Positions 1-12,366 of a DNA stretch of 64,000 bases are shown here, one piece after another. Position 1 is the first letter of the stretch. Every line of letters starts with the position of its first letter. The position numbers and the translations under genes were made by a program. The stretch spans positions 27,350 through 91,349 of the forward strand of contig MU619315.1 of assembly GCA_025201805.1 (NCBI GenBank). Reading direction: 5' to 3'. Origin of the DNA: Parasitella parasitica NRRL 2501. Lineage: Eukaryota > Fungi > Mucoromycota. Below the pieces are notes generated by a model. The model saw only the letters and a program-made list of their open reading frames with translations. It did no database searches and was not told the DNA's origin.

Positions 1-609
1 TCTATCTGTGGTGTCATAACATACGATGGCAGCATGGATTACTGGAAAGCTTTGCTATAGACACAGAGGTTACTTTAGCCATACATGGAAAAATTGCAAA
101 TAAAACCAACATACATTAGCTACGTTTGCAATGTTTGATCCATCGATTTCAATTAAATCAATTGGATAATAGGTTTTGTCAAATAAGATTTTTGTGTGGT
201 GGCACTGAAGATCTTGATTTTTATGTAATGAAACAAGTAATTTAGCAAACTTGACCATGAAAAATTAAGGAGTAAATCAATATTGTATAAATATATATAA
301 ATATATACCTGGTCGACTAGAGTCATGTTTGGCAATCAGATTTTGAAGTCCAAATCGAATGAATGTTGATTTCCCAACATTGGGTCCACCGGATACCACA
401 ATCACAAGTGTTTCCACCTATATATAATATATATGAAATGTTACAGTGGAATTAGCAGCTAGAAGAGTTTTTAGAGGATTTTTATATACATTTTTCTCAC
501 TACTGATGATGGGTGGCAAAGGCTTGTTCAGTCTATCAATAAATGCAGATGCTTTTGACGAATATTTCTCTTCCTGCTGATAATGAGTAGACTTTTTCGC
601 AAACCACAT
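1..609 (-). CDS. 5' part of a gene with an atypical Ras-like P-loop domain; runs off the left edge (possibly a RasGEF-associated GTPase-like domain)
   Basis: Spliced reading from ATG 609 (intron 489-418): ...VETLVIVVSGGPNVGKSTFIR (GxxxxGKST), then ...YPIDLIEIDG, then QSFPVIHAAIVCYDTTDR, a Ras-family beta4-like segment. Confidence 0.7.
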
Positions 610-898
610 TCTGTATGCGTAAAATGGTTTGACTTGTATCTTTGTATGCTTATACTGTCAAATAATTGAAAAAGTAGCAGAGAGAAAACAAAATAAAAAG
701 AAACAAGAAGAAAGCTTAAAAAATACATTAACTTTAATAGCATATTTTTAAGGGGACAATAAGTTCTACACTTCAAATATTGTAATACTACATGGGCACA
801 ACTCCTTTTTTCATATGGCTTCTCTTTTCTTCAGCTCTCCCCCCCCCCCTAATAAATCATTGCTGTCGCACACAATATAATCGCGAAATTTATTCAAT

Positions 899-1885
899 TT
901 AAGCAATGTTTGCCAAATAATCTTTAACTTCACTCAAGCTCAATTTTCTAAATAATGGGATCTCCTTTCTTTCACCACCATAAATGCCTACAGTACTTTT
1001 ACCAATAATACCAATTTCTAGACTATTCTCCGTCATTTGTCCTTCGAAACCCTCCTTGAGCTAAGTATAAGGTTAACATCCTGTTCAGATCAATGCTAAA
1101 TTCGGATTCTTACGGTCAAAATTGCTGTGTGTACTGCGTCTTCCAATTCCATCTCCTCATTGTATCTATGTAGAAGGTCCTCTTTTTTTAAAAATCTGAA
1201 AATACATCTGTATAACCTTATTTTTACCTTTTTTCCAAAAAGGTCTTTGCATTGATCATGTTTTTGCCAATGGCGCTGGCTTTCCAGGCAAAGTAAGAGC
1301 CAGAAGGATCGACTTGATAAAGCGAGGGTCCATTCACCTCGTCATAGCCTGCAATCAAAAGAGAAACACCAAAGGGACGGACACCACTATCAAAAGAATT
1401 AGCAATGATGCACCCTTTCCCCCACTCTTTTTCTCTACCACAAGAGTTTACCCGCTTTGTGTATATTCTTGCATGACACCTGCTACTTCTTGAACAAGAA
1501 TGCGTACTGGAGGTTCTTCCATATAAACTCTTTTATAAGCCTGTGCTGCTTTGCGTGCTTTACTGACCAATACACGGAAATCAGGTCCCATGCCAGAGTA
1601 GATCATGCCAATGTTGGCGCAAATGGTGGCAACCTTCTCAAGCGTAGAATCGTCGACAAGACTGGATGCTGATTTCTTTTCTGTTGCAATGACAATGCCG
1701 TTGGTAGCTATAGTCCGCTGTGTGAGTGAACAAAGATGGACATTCATGCTTTTTTTTTTTCCAAATTTACCTTTGATGCCAACAGATGTGACACCTTGCG
1801 ATACAGCGTTCAAGGCATATTCAATTTGAACGAGTTTTCCCGAAGGAGAAAAGGTCGTGAGTGAGAAGCTATAACGATCCGCCAT
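899..1885 (-). CDS. PRE8: 20S proteasome subunit alpha-2, multi-exon
   Basis: [25 protein letters not shown] signature, YSGMGPD and [11 protein letters not shown]; ends DYLANIA* at 899. Confidence 0.96.
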
Positions 1886-2164
1886 TTGATAGAATTATAT
1901 ATGGTGAAGAATTGGAAAAAGAAGAGGTTATTGAGCTTCTGAATCCAAGCGTTGGAAACGTAACATCTGCCGCAAGACGCGTGTTGCTTTTACTGATTAT
2001 GATGACGTACGAAATGCGCATCCTCTTCCTCTTATTCTGTCCTGTCCGTCCTGTGGCTGAACAAACACAAACCTTTCTTTCATACGGACATTTAATGTAC
2101 AACAAACTCTTTCTAGCCATTGCAGTTATTTGATCCTTTTCAACCTGTATTTTTTATATTGAAT

Positions 2165-5100
2165 ATGGAGGTAACATTTGACAGAAGTTTGGTTTCCTAG
2201 CAACCAGGTTTTAATTTGATCCAGCATTTTGTAACAGGCCTCGAGGAACTTTTGACTAAGCTTGTAGCAGCTCAAGATTCTGATACAATTAGACAGGTAA
2301 ATTGGACACAATAGACAAAAAAAAATTTTTTTTTTTTTGTTGTTATTGTATTACTTGAATTTAACCAAGTTGATCCAGGCCACTTCGACATTGAATACAC
2401 AATATTATGTATCAGCAAATTGTATTCCTGCCTTTGTCCAGATCATCAGTCGCTCTTCAAACCAGACTGTTTGTCAACTTGCAGCAGTTGAATTAAGGAA
2501 ACGTATCTCCAAGAAATGGCAAGAAATCCCTGATGTAGCCCAAGGCGAAATCCGTACCCAATTGCTACAGATTACTTTAAACGAACAGCTGTAAATGTTG
2601 CACATGTATCCGGATACAGAGCAGATCATTAATTCTTTTACTTGATTGTAGTGAAATCGTCCGTCATTTAACCGCTCGTGTTATTTCATCCATTGCCCGG
2701 ATCGATGTCCCTGAGAACAAATGGCCTGAATTATTGGATTTTTTGAACCAAGCATGTACCAGCACCACAGTCATTCACCGCGAGGTTGGAAGTTATTGCC
2801 TTTACACACTGTTTGAAGTCATTGCCGATTTTTTCATGAACCATACTGCACCTTTGTATGAACTTTTCTCGAAAGCAATTGTTGATCCCGAAAGCAAACG
2901 TGTCAGAATTACTACTGTATTGTAAGTAAAAATCGAAAGAAGATGGTGGCAAGCAGGTTCAGGATCTTACTGTGATTATATGATAGGACTTTGGGTAAGC
3001 TTGCTGAATTCATTGAAACAGAAGACAAGGAAAACATTGTAAGTTTTTTTTTTTTNNNNNNNNNNNNNNNNNNNNNNNNNAGCTTATCTAAACCACACTT
3101 GGCTTATTCACGTTTGCGCAAAATAGAAAACTTTCAGAAATATGATTCCCGGTATGGTTAGCGTCTTGGAGCAATGTCTTCAAGCAGAGGACGAGGAGAG
3201 TGCAGGCGAGATTTTTGAAGTGTTCGATACATTGCTGATGTTGGTATGTATTTGAAATCACAATATGTGCCCTTTAGTTACCAGACATATTGACGGGCGA
3301 GGGATAATTTTAGGATGCTCCTCTTCTGTCAAATCATCTGGTTGATTTAATAAGATTTTTCTTGACTATTGGGTCCAACCGTGAGTTGGATGATGGCCTC
3401 CGTGTCATGGCCCTCTCCTTCCTCATGTGGGCTGCTGTGTAGTAAGTGTTGGGACCATCCAAAGAAGGCTTTTTTTTGAGACTTAATTCTCCTCGTCATC
3501 ACAGTAAACAAAACAAAATCAGAAGTATGAAGCTTGTTGGGTTCATTGTAGAAGGTTTGATGCCTATTGGCACTGAAGAAGATCCTGAGGATGTGGATGA
3601 AGACTCTCCTTCTCGTGTAAGTTAAAGATTAAAGTAGCTGATTTGCGCCAGATCACTCAAACGTTAGGCAAACAACAACGTATACAGTTGGCATTTAAGG
3701 TTTTGAATGCTCTTGCAACCAACATGCCTCCTCAACAAGTGTTCCCCATCGTCATGCCTGTCGTAGTGACATATATGCAAAACCCTGACCCTAACTTCCG
3801 TAAAGCAGCCATGATGTCGTTTGCCGTCATCATTGAAGGTTGTGCTGAATACATGAGTCCCAAGTTGAATGATCTTTTGCCCCTCGTGTGCTCTGGCTTG
3901 CAAGATCCCGAGATTATTGTTCGCCGTGCTGCCTGTATGGCCCTAGGTTGTCTTGCTGAGGAAATGCCTGCCGAGATCTCAGAGAGCCATCAAATTTTGT
4001 TGCCCCTTGTTTTCAACTTGATGAATGACACAAACCCTGAAGTTACGAAACACGCTTGCAATGCTCTTGATGCCATTTTAGAAAGCTTGGGTGATGAGGT
4101 TTTGCAGTACTTGCCAATGTTAATGGAGAAGCTCTTGTTTCTTTTGGACAATGCCCCTCAAACTGAAACAAAGGCCACTGTCATGGCTGCTATCGGCAGC
4201 GCTGCTCATGCTGCAGGCGAAGGGTTCGAACCTTACTTTGGTGGCGTGATGCCCCGTATCCGTCATTTGATGACTTTGACCGAAGGTACTGACGAAGCTT
4301 TACTTCGTGGCGTTGCGACAGACTCTGCTGGTGCCATTGCTGAGGCTGTTGGTGCTGATAAATTTAGGCCTTTTACGCAAGAATTGATGGCTCTGGCCAT
4401 TGAGCAACTGACATTAGATTCGCCTCGTCTGCGTGAATGTTCATATGCCTTCTTCTCTATTATGGCTCGCGTATTTGGCGACGAATTTGCTCCTTATCTC
4501 CCTACTATAATGCCCTTTATCATCGCTTCTTGCAAGGCTGAGGAGAAGGATGAGACCAACGTTGGTAGTGAAATTGATCTTTCTCTGGGCGAGTGTAATG
4601 AAGAAGAGGAAGATAGCGCCTTCAATTTCAATTCTGCTATCGCCGATGAAAAGGAATTTGCTGCCGATGCTCTTGGAGAGATTTTTGAAAGTACACAAAC
4701 CCATTTCTTGCCTTACGTGGAGTCTGCAGTTGAAGACTTGACTGAACTTTCTTTCCATCTCTTTGATGGTGTCCGCAAAGCAGTTGTCGGCAGTCTGTTT
4801 AGCTTTCTCAAGACTTTCTATGTCATGTCTGGATTTGACGAGTGGAAAGCCGGTCTACCTTTGGCCTATCCTGTACACGAAAACGTTCAAAACATGACGA
4901 CAATCATCATTCCTACTGTTTTGGCCATGTGGAAGGATGAAGATGACAAGATGGTTGTTGTGCAGATATGTCAAGAGCTAATCCAATCTCTTAAATTAAT
5001 GGGTCCCAGCATCATTGCTAATCATGTCGAAGAAATTTCGCGCAACCTACTTGATATCTTTGAAAAGAAATCATTCTGTCAACAAAGCTACAATGATGAA

Positions 5101-5918
5101 GACTTTGTTGATGAGGAAGAGGAAGCCGAATCTGAATCCCTTTTAATCACTGCTGCGGGTGACCTTGTCGCTACCATTTGTGAAACAGTAGGCGAGTCTT
5201 ATTCATCCTACTTTGACGTGTTTATGCCCTTGATTGCCAAGTATTACAAGAAATCAAAGTCTGCTCCTGAGCGCTCCATGGCCATCGGATGTCTGGGTGA
5301 ATGCATTACTGGTATTAAAAGCGCTGTTACACCTCACACTGAACGTCTGCTCCAGCTTTTCATCAAGGCATGCGGCGACGAAGACCAGTCTGTCAGGAGT
5401 AATGCTGCGTACGCACTAGGTATTCTTTGTGGTAATTCTCAAATCGATCTTGGCTCTCAATACCCTATTATCTTGACTGCATTGCACCCGCTTTTCCAGA
5501 ATCAACCTGTGCCTAATATTACTGATAATGCCACTGGCGCTGTTGCAAGATTAATCATTGCTCGTCCTGATGCTGTTCCTATCGACCAAGTGTTGCCTGT
5601 CTTTACTAGTGTGCTTCCCCTCAAGGCAGACTTTGCAGAGAATGAGCCTGTTTTCCACTGTTTGTTTTCTCTTTTCCGTGCTAATAACACCTTTGTAAGA
5701 ATTGCTCTTTTGTTTTACATATTGACTGCTTCTAATATATACTACTGTAGATCCAAAGCCAAATCCCCAGCCTTCTGCCTGTATTCCACCATGTGCTGGA
5801 CAATAAAGATCAATTAAAAGATTCAACTCGTAATGAACTTGTAGAACTATTACGCGCCTTGAACACTCAGTCCCCCTCACTGGGTATTTCCAACAGTGAT
5901 TTGGCCCGTTTCTTGTAA
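2165..5918 (+). CDS. KAP123: Importin-4 / karyopherin Kap123, HEAT-repeat protein, multi-exon
   Basis: QLAAVELRK importin-beta N domain, WPELL, HEAT repeats, acidic loop ...NSAIADEKEFAADALG, ERSMAIG, VRSNAAY; two-codon first exon ATG GAG. Confidence 0.9.
3056..3080. other. Assembly gap (N run) inside an intron
   Basis: Run of N after poly-T. Confidence 0.99.
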
Positions 5919-6490
5919 AAACAAAACAACCCCATTTAGACAGCAACAACATCTTTACATATATATTCTTCTATAGGCATTACTATTACACTCAATATTT
6001 TTAAATAAACTGTATATTTATACTAAATTCTGTAAAGACATGAAACAAATTTCATAAGGAAACAATACTTCCAAAAAGTTCCTAATCAAATTTGTGAAAA
6101 ATACTGGTGTATCTATGAAATACGATTTAACGAGTAGGGACGATCTTTATCAATGTTACGGGAGTGATTGTTCCTAGTGCCTTTATGTTTAGCAAAGAAA
6201 AACCACCTGAAATATTTGGTAATGCTCCTTTCGAGATATATGTGGGTTTGGCACAGTAAACGCTGGTAACTGCTGGAAATTCTATTCAAGATGAGCCTGA
6301 TGAAATAGACTTTGCACCAAACGATAATGGCGACACGCTGAGTTCTTTTCCAACAAAGACTTTGCAAAGGTGTCCCTCATTATAAATAATTGTTTCTCTA
6401 TAATATAGGTACTCCTCAAATTGATTAGCCCAGACTTTATTTTTTATTCAGAGCTGAATTTTCATCATTTTACACGAATACAGATTTACT

Positions 6491-8030
6491 TCATGATATG
6501 CGTTTCTCCAACTTGTCAACTCTTTCCACTAAATCAGGAAAATAGAATTGCTTTGTATATCCCACAACCGCTGTCGCCAATGCAGCACTGATACTTCTGT
6601 CTACTCCATTGAGTTGAATAGTGTTGGGGATTTTGAGTTGGTTTGTTAGATATTTTGCAGCGACTTCTGTAACGCCCTTTTTGCCTTCAGGATCGTTCAT
6701 AAATTCCAAGACCTCTCGATGACTCCTGCGAAAGTGTAGTAAAGACGGTGTTGGCATACATACAAAATATGTATATATAAAATAAAAAATAAAAAAAAAA
6801 CCCCTTACTTGAGCACAAGATCAATGTTTTCTAGATTCTGCCACATATGTTTCACGGGAAGACCATTCAGGTTTGATTCAAATAATGCTATAGCTTCATT
6901 CGCTTCCTTTTCCAGCTGAATTAGTTTTGGCACTGAAGCCTTTATCTTGAGTCTTTGTTGACGGTATTTTCTAATTTTGACAACTTCTTGGGTCGAAAAA
7001 GCGGTAGTTTTATGGGGCGTTGGGTATATGCTCAGTTTTTTCGCAGCTGAGGGATTCAGTATGAAATCAATTAATTGGGATCCAAGATGACTGTCCAATG
7101 CCTGTTTTGTTCGTTTTGATAAATCCAAGTTGTTCATCAGACGTTGACTTTTTAAAAAGAATGGTGTCTGTAATATTTTGTCAGTAATTTCCGTTGCTAG
7201 CTTTTGGCTGTCCACCACCCTCGATCCATCTTTTGATTCATCTGCATTATCATCAATATTCGATTTGCATTTTTTCTCTAATTCCTCTCGAACTTCTTTT
7301 GCTGTGCTCTGGAAATACTCTTGTAGATATAGATCCGCATCATCAATCACATTGCGTATCATTGGCATGTCAGATTTGTTCAGTTTGCCTATTTTGAGCC
7401 ATTCAATTTTATCGTGGGCGGCATTGATGTCAGTTAGGAATCGGCCATCTTTGTAAATTATCTCCTCTACATCTTTTTGCGTAGGTGCTGTGATTTCCTC
7501 GAGTTTTCCACTTATATCAGCCGCCGAGCATAGTTTGTCAACACCTCGACTAACGATTTCTTTTTCTATAGCTTTCAATCTAAAGAATTATAAAAACCAA
7601 TGAATTGAGGCTGTTTTTAAGCTACAAATCCTTTTCATACTTTTGAGCCATTTCGGTTCTTGTGCTCTCCATTTCTTCAAGTCGTATATCTGTGATAAAA
7701 TATTAAGAGTCGATATTGATTTGTACATTTGCAATGCTAATTCGGTTACTTGCCTAATCGTGCTTCAACATTTGGGTAATTCTCGATTCGAATTCGTTTA
7801 TCTTTCATCTCTTTTCTTATCTGCTTGTGCCGGGAGTAATCATAATCAAATTCATGTAATCTCTTGGAAAGCATGCAATTTTTGACAAGGCTTTTGACAG
7901 AAAGAAAAAACGAAGTATTGCTCAAAAAATAATACTTTCCAGATGTATATCTATATACTCACTTGTCTGCACAGCTAAGCTCTTGTTTATTGACATTATC
8001 CATGTTGAATGATAGCACCTGTGAGGCCAT
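6491..8030 (-). CDS. Hypothetical helical/coiled-coil protein, about 430 aa, 5 exons
   Basis: Exons join in frame from ATG 8030 (MASQVL...) through ORFs 6805..7578 and 6491..6757; needs a GC-AG intron at 7753-7690; no motif recognised. Confidence 0.6.
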
Positions 8031-9270
8031 AAAAATAAAAAAGAGTAAAATAAAAAAGGGAAAAAGCGCGCTACTACTAGCAAGCTGGGATTTGCTAAAA
8101 TGTCTTGCTGTTAGATCAATTAGTATTTCTGTAGGCTTGTCCAAATTATAAACTTTTATTTTTTAGGCGTAGCAATGTCAGCACTCGCTGTAATAGTCAA
8201 GAGAAATATTGAGATATTATTGCTGCTGGATCCCTCTCTGATATTGTAATCGTATCATAAGAAAAATCACACTCAGGATGCCGTTTTCAAAATAGCTCTT
8301 TTTGACATGTCAGACCTAGTTTATTACACTCAATGTGCTGCTTTTCAAGTTAATAATGTGTCACGGCAAGTCTTCTAACATGCAAAATTCTTACAAGTCA
8401 TACAGGTATAGTGAGTTTCATAATAGACATAGTTGAACATTGAGTAGACAGCATCAAGAGTCAACATTCGAAATGAAAACGACGGATAAACTTGGCATCG
8501 TACACACTTTAGTTATACATTCGGTATTCAGTTATATACAGTGGTATATAAATATGAATCTGCTTAGCATTCTCAGTGTATGTTCAGTCCTGGGATGACC
8601 AGAATCTTCAACTAATGCCGTCCCATAAACAGTCTTGATGGGTGTCTAGAAAATTTTTTTTACGTCTATAAAATAGGTGCCAATAGCCTATATCTCTTCT
8701 TCTTTCCAACTGCCCAAGTTTGCACAGTTTTCTTCAAAAGGTAATTATCAGTCTTTCATATGAATGAAAGGAAAAAAAAACAAGTGTATGGATCCATGAA
8801 ATGATGAATTTTAGCTGGCACCAGTCCGAGCTTCATGATGGAAAACCATAAAGTGGGGTGTCAATATATACGCAAGACATCCCTGATTTTTGGATTCATA
8901 CATATTACATTTCCTTTCATATAAATGATATCATTTTATGAAATTTTTTTTTATTAACAACCACGCACATAGGTATTTTTTTTGTTGAATTTTGAAATGG
9001 TTTTTCACAATAAAGAATAATTTTTTTTTTGAACTATTTTCCTTGTGACATTGTAGTAGCACCTTCTTTGGCATCACATAATCAGGCCTATAAGGGTGAT
9101 TAAACAGCATGATCTACATACAAATCTGATTTTCGAATACGCAGTAGTGCCTTGTGTACCCACACTGTTCTGTCTCCTTTTTTATATATATATTTTAGAG
9201 CATTAATCTTCCTCCTCCATCTTTCTTTATTCTCACAGCCTCGTTTTCCTTTTTTTTTACATCGTTACTC

Positions 9271-10614
9271 ATGGTATCGTCTACCATCAGATTACCATCA
9301 CCGACACCACCACCAGCACCCGATGAAAAGGCTTATAAAGCTGCTTTAAAAGCAAATGATTTCTTCGAGCGTGGCCACTTCAATGAAGCAATTGCAAACT
9401 ATACAAGAATTGTGCAACTGTCAAAAGATTACAGTGAAAAAGACCAAGAGTTTTTGGCATTGATATATTGCAACAGAAGTGCAAGCTATAACAAAATTAA
9501 AGAATACGAGAAAGCGAGGTTAGATGCATTGCAAGCCATCGATTTAGCTGCAGCTTTGTCCAAGGTATGTATGTAGCGTTCTATCATGGCGCTCAGAGAT
9601 CTAGTTTTTTCATACAAAGAGGCATTTGCAGGGTTATTTTCGACACGGCGAGGCCTTGTTAAACTTGGAGAAGTTTGATGAAGCTCTGGAAGCCTTCAAG
9701 ACGGCTATGGATAAAGAAGAAACAGGCAGCATCAAGGAGATATCAACCTTTGTCGCCAAAACATTAATTGAAAAAGATAATGCGAGGATGGGGATCAGGA
9801 TCATTCAACTTGTAGCAGGTCAGGACATTGCTATCACAAAGGGCGTGCTGAATCCGATCCAGTCCAAACTATACGAGTTTGCTGCTCATATGAAAAACAT
9901 CATACACATTGTTGCCGACACCAAAACCAGAAAGTGCATCATTGTCGATGCGGTAAGAAATCAAAAATGAGAACAAATGCTACATTATTGCGATTGCTAA
10001 ACATAAAAAATTAGTGTTGGGATATCGATGGAATACTGAGATTCATTGAAGAGCAAGGCTATACAGTTGTCGCAACTGTGGTTACGCATTACCACTTTGA
10101 TCACATTGGTGGGTCTCCACCAGCTCCGTACGACACATTGCCCATCAAGATTTCTGGGCTGTCTAGCCTTTTGAAAAGGATACCTCATATCAAAGCCTAC
10201 ATTCATCCACTTGAAATACCCTTTATTCAGCAGACAAATCCCAGTATAAAGTTTAATCGTCTAGTGCCCACCCTCACTGATATTACTACGACCCTAAACA
10301 TTGGAAAGATGCATATTGAATTCCTGCATACCCCAGGTCATACGCCAGGGTCGCAATCGCTACTGATCAATAAATCAAGGCTCATTTCAGGCGATACTCT
10401 TTTATGTGGCGGGCATTGTGGTAGGACAGATCTGCCAGGAGGCAATCGTAAGGCGATGGAGAATACACTACGGCATGTGCTGGGAGGGCTGGATAATCGA
10501 ATCATTGTGTATCCAGGCCATCATTACGGAGCAGCTTGGTCTACTATTGGCATTGAGCGAGAAAATGGCTGTCTAGGTGATGAATTAGTGGGATTTGGGA
10601 TGGAGGCAACTTAG
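9271..10614 (+). CDS. TPR-domain plus metallo-beta-lactamase-fold (glyoxalase II-like) fusion protein, 404 aa
   Basis: Exons 9271-9564, 9632-9952 and 10015-10614 join in phase 0; three TPRs (KANDFF, YCNRSASY, KGYFRHG), then THYHFDH, HTPGHTPGS, SGDTL and YPGHHYG metal motifs. Confidence 0.88.
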
Positions 10615-10734
10615 CTTGTAAAAAAAGCCACCTTTCCTTTTTTTTTTTCAAGTCGGTTTTAAAAAAAAACTAGACTAAATAAACTAGACGTGGCTCCATT
10701 TACTCTCTTTTCTTTCCTTTCAAAATCATACAAA

Positions 10735-12233
10735 ATGTCATCAACGCAGCCAGATGACACTACCGTCGATGACAACATCGAGATGTGGAAGATGAAAAAA
10801 TTGATTAAGGGCCTCGAAAATGCTAGAGGGTAATTAGTCATATAAATTTTTATTGTAACAGCTTGAAATCTAACATTTCCATAGTAACGGCACTTCTATG
10901 ATTTCTCTTATTATCCGTAAGTGATATACTTGCCTGATTTATTAAACTCTGCCTTTAACAGTTTCACCTAGCACCCAAGGGTCAGATCGCTCTTGTCAAT
11001 AAAATGCTGGTCACTGAAAGCGGCACTGCCTCCAACATTAAATCTCGTGTTAATCGTTTATCGGTTATGTCTGCTATTGAGTCTACAATGCAACGTTTAA
11101 AGTTATACAACAGAGGTAAGCATACATGTTGATGTGGCAGTGAATTTCGTGGCTAAAATCTGTAATGCGTAGTTCCTAATAATGGACTAGTTATATTCTG
11201 TGGTACTATTCTCACTGATGAAGGCAAGGAAAAAAAAGTCAATATCGATTTTGAACCTATGAAGCCAATCAACACCTCTCTCTATTTGTGCGATAACAAA
11301 TTTCATGTGGAAGCGTTATCTGAACTTTTAGAAGACGATACAAAGTATGGATTCATTGTCATGGACGGTTCAGGCACTCTCTTTGGTACACTTGCTGGTA
11401 ATACACGTGAAGTCATTCGTAAGATATCTGTCGAATTGCCAAAGAAGCACGGCCGTGGTGGTCAGTCCGCTCTTCGTTTCTCCCGTCTTCGTGAGGAAGC
11501 CAGGCGCAATTACATCCGTAAAATTGCTGAAAACGCTGCTACGATCTTTATTACCAATGACAAGGTCAATTGTGCCGGCTTGATTTTGGCAGGTTCTGCT
11601 GATTTGAAGAATGAATTGAATTTATCTGAGACCTTTGATGGCCGTCTGAAAAGCAAAGTCATCAAGGTTGTCGACGTTTCTTACGGTTTTGAAAACGGCT
11701 TTAATCAAGCTATTGCTTTGACTTCCGAGACTTTGTCAAATATCAAATACATGCAGGAGAAGAAGCTGATCGAAAGCTACTTTGATGAGATCTCTCAAGA
11801 TACTGGAAAATACTGTTTCGGTATTGGAGATACATTGAAGGCGCTCGAGATGGGTGCAGTTGAATCATTGATTGTTTGGGAGAAAATTCCTACTAATCGT
11901 TATGTTCTTCGTAACGCCTCTGGTGCCGAAACTGTTGTCCATCCTACTGCTGAGGAGGAAGCGTCTAAATCTTTCTTGGTCAATGACAGCCCTGACCCCA
12001 ATTCTAACGCTGAAATGGAAGTTGTTGATAATATGCCTTTGATAGACTGGTTTACTCTCCATTATAAGGAATTTGGTACCAAACTGGAAATCATCACCGA
12101 TTGTTCCCAAGAAGGCTCTCAATTTGTTAAGGGTTTTGGTGGAATTGGTGGTATTCTTCGATATCGCGTCAACTTTGAACAAATCTGCGATTCCGATGAC
12201 TTCATATCTGATGATGATGATGAATATATCTAG
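10735..12233 (+). CDS. SUP45: Eukaryotic peptide chain release factor 1 (divergent copy), 4 exons
   Basis: GTSMISL, TASNIKS, YLCDNKF and KKHGRGGQS motifs; C-terminal [11 protein letters not shown] and acidic tail. Confidence 0.95.
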
Positions 12234-12366
12234 ATTTTTGACCCTTTCCCCCCCTTTTTTTTTACACGTATCCTCTTGATTTGCACAAACAAACTGGCTT
12301 TCTCAATCACGCCCACTCCTCGAATTTATGCATAATTTTACATATAAATTAAAAATAAAGTATGCA

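Noticed and set aside
8150-8750. Possible decayed coding or transposon sequence (also 6113-6367 and 14900-15900)
   Set aside because: No motif could be assigned with confidence by eye.
10735-12233. Genetic code reassignment implied by the divergent eRF1
   Set aside because: Conserved genes here terminate at TAA, TAG and TGA, and none needs an in-frame stop read as sense.
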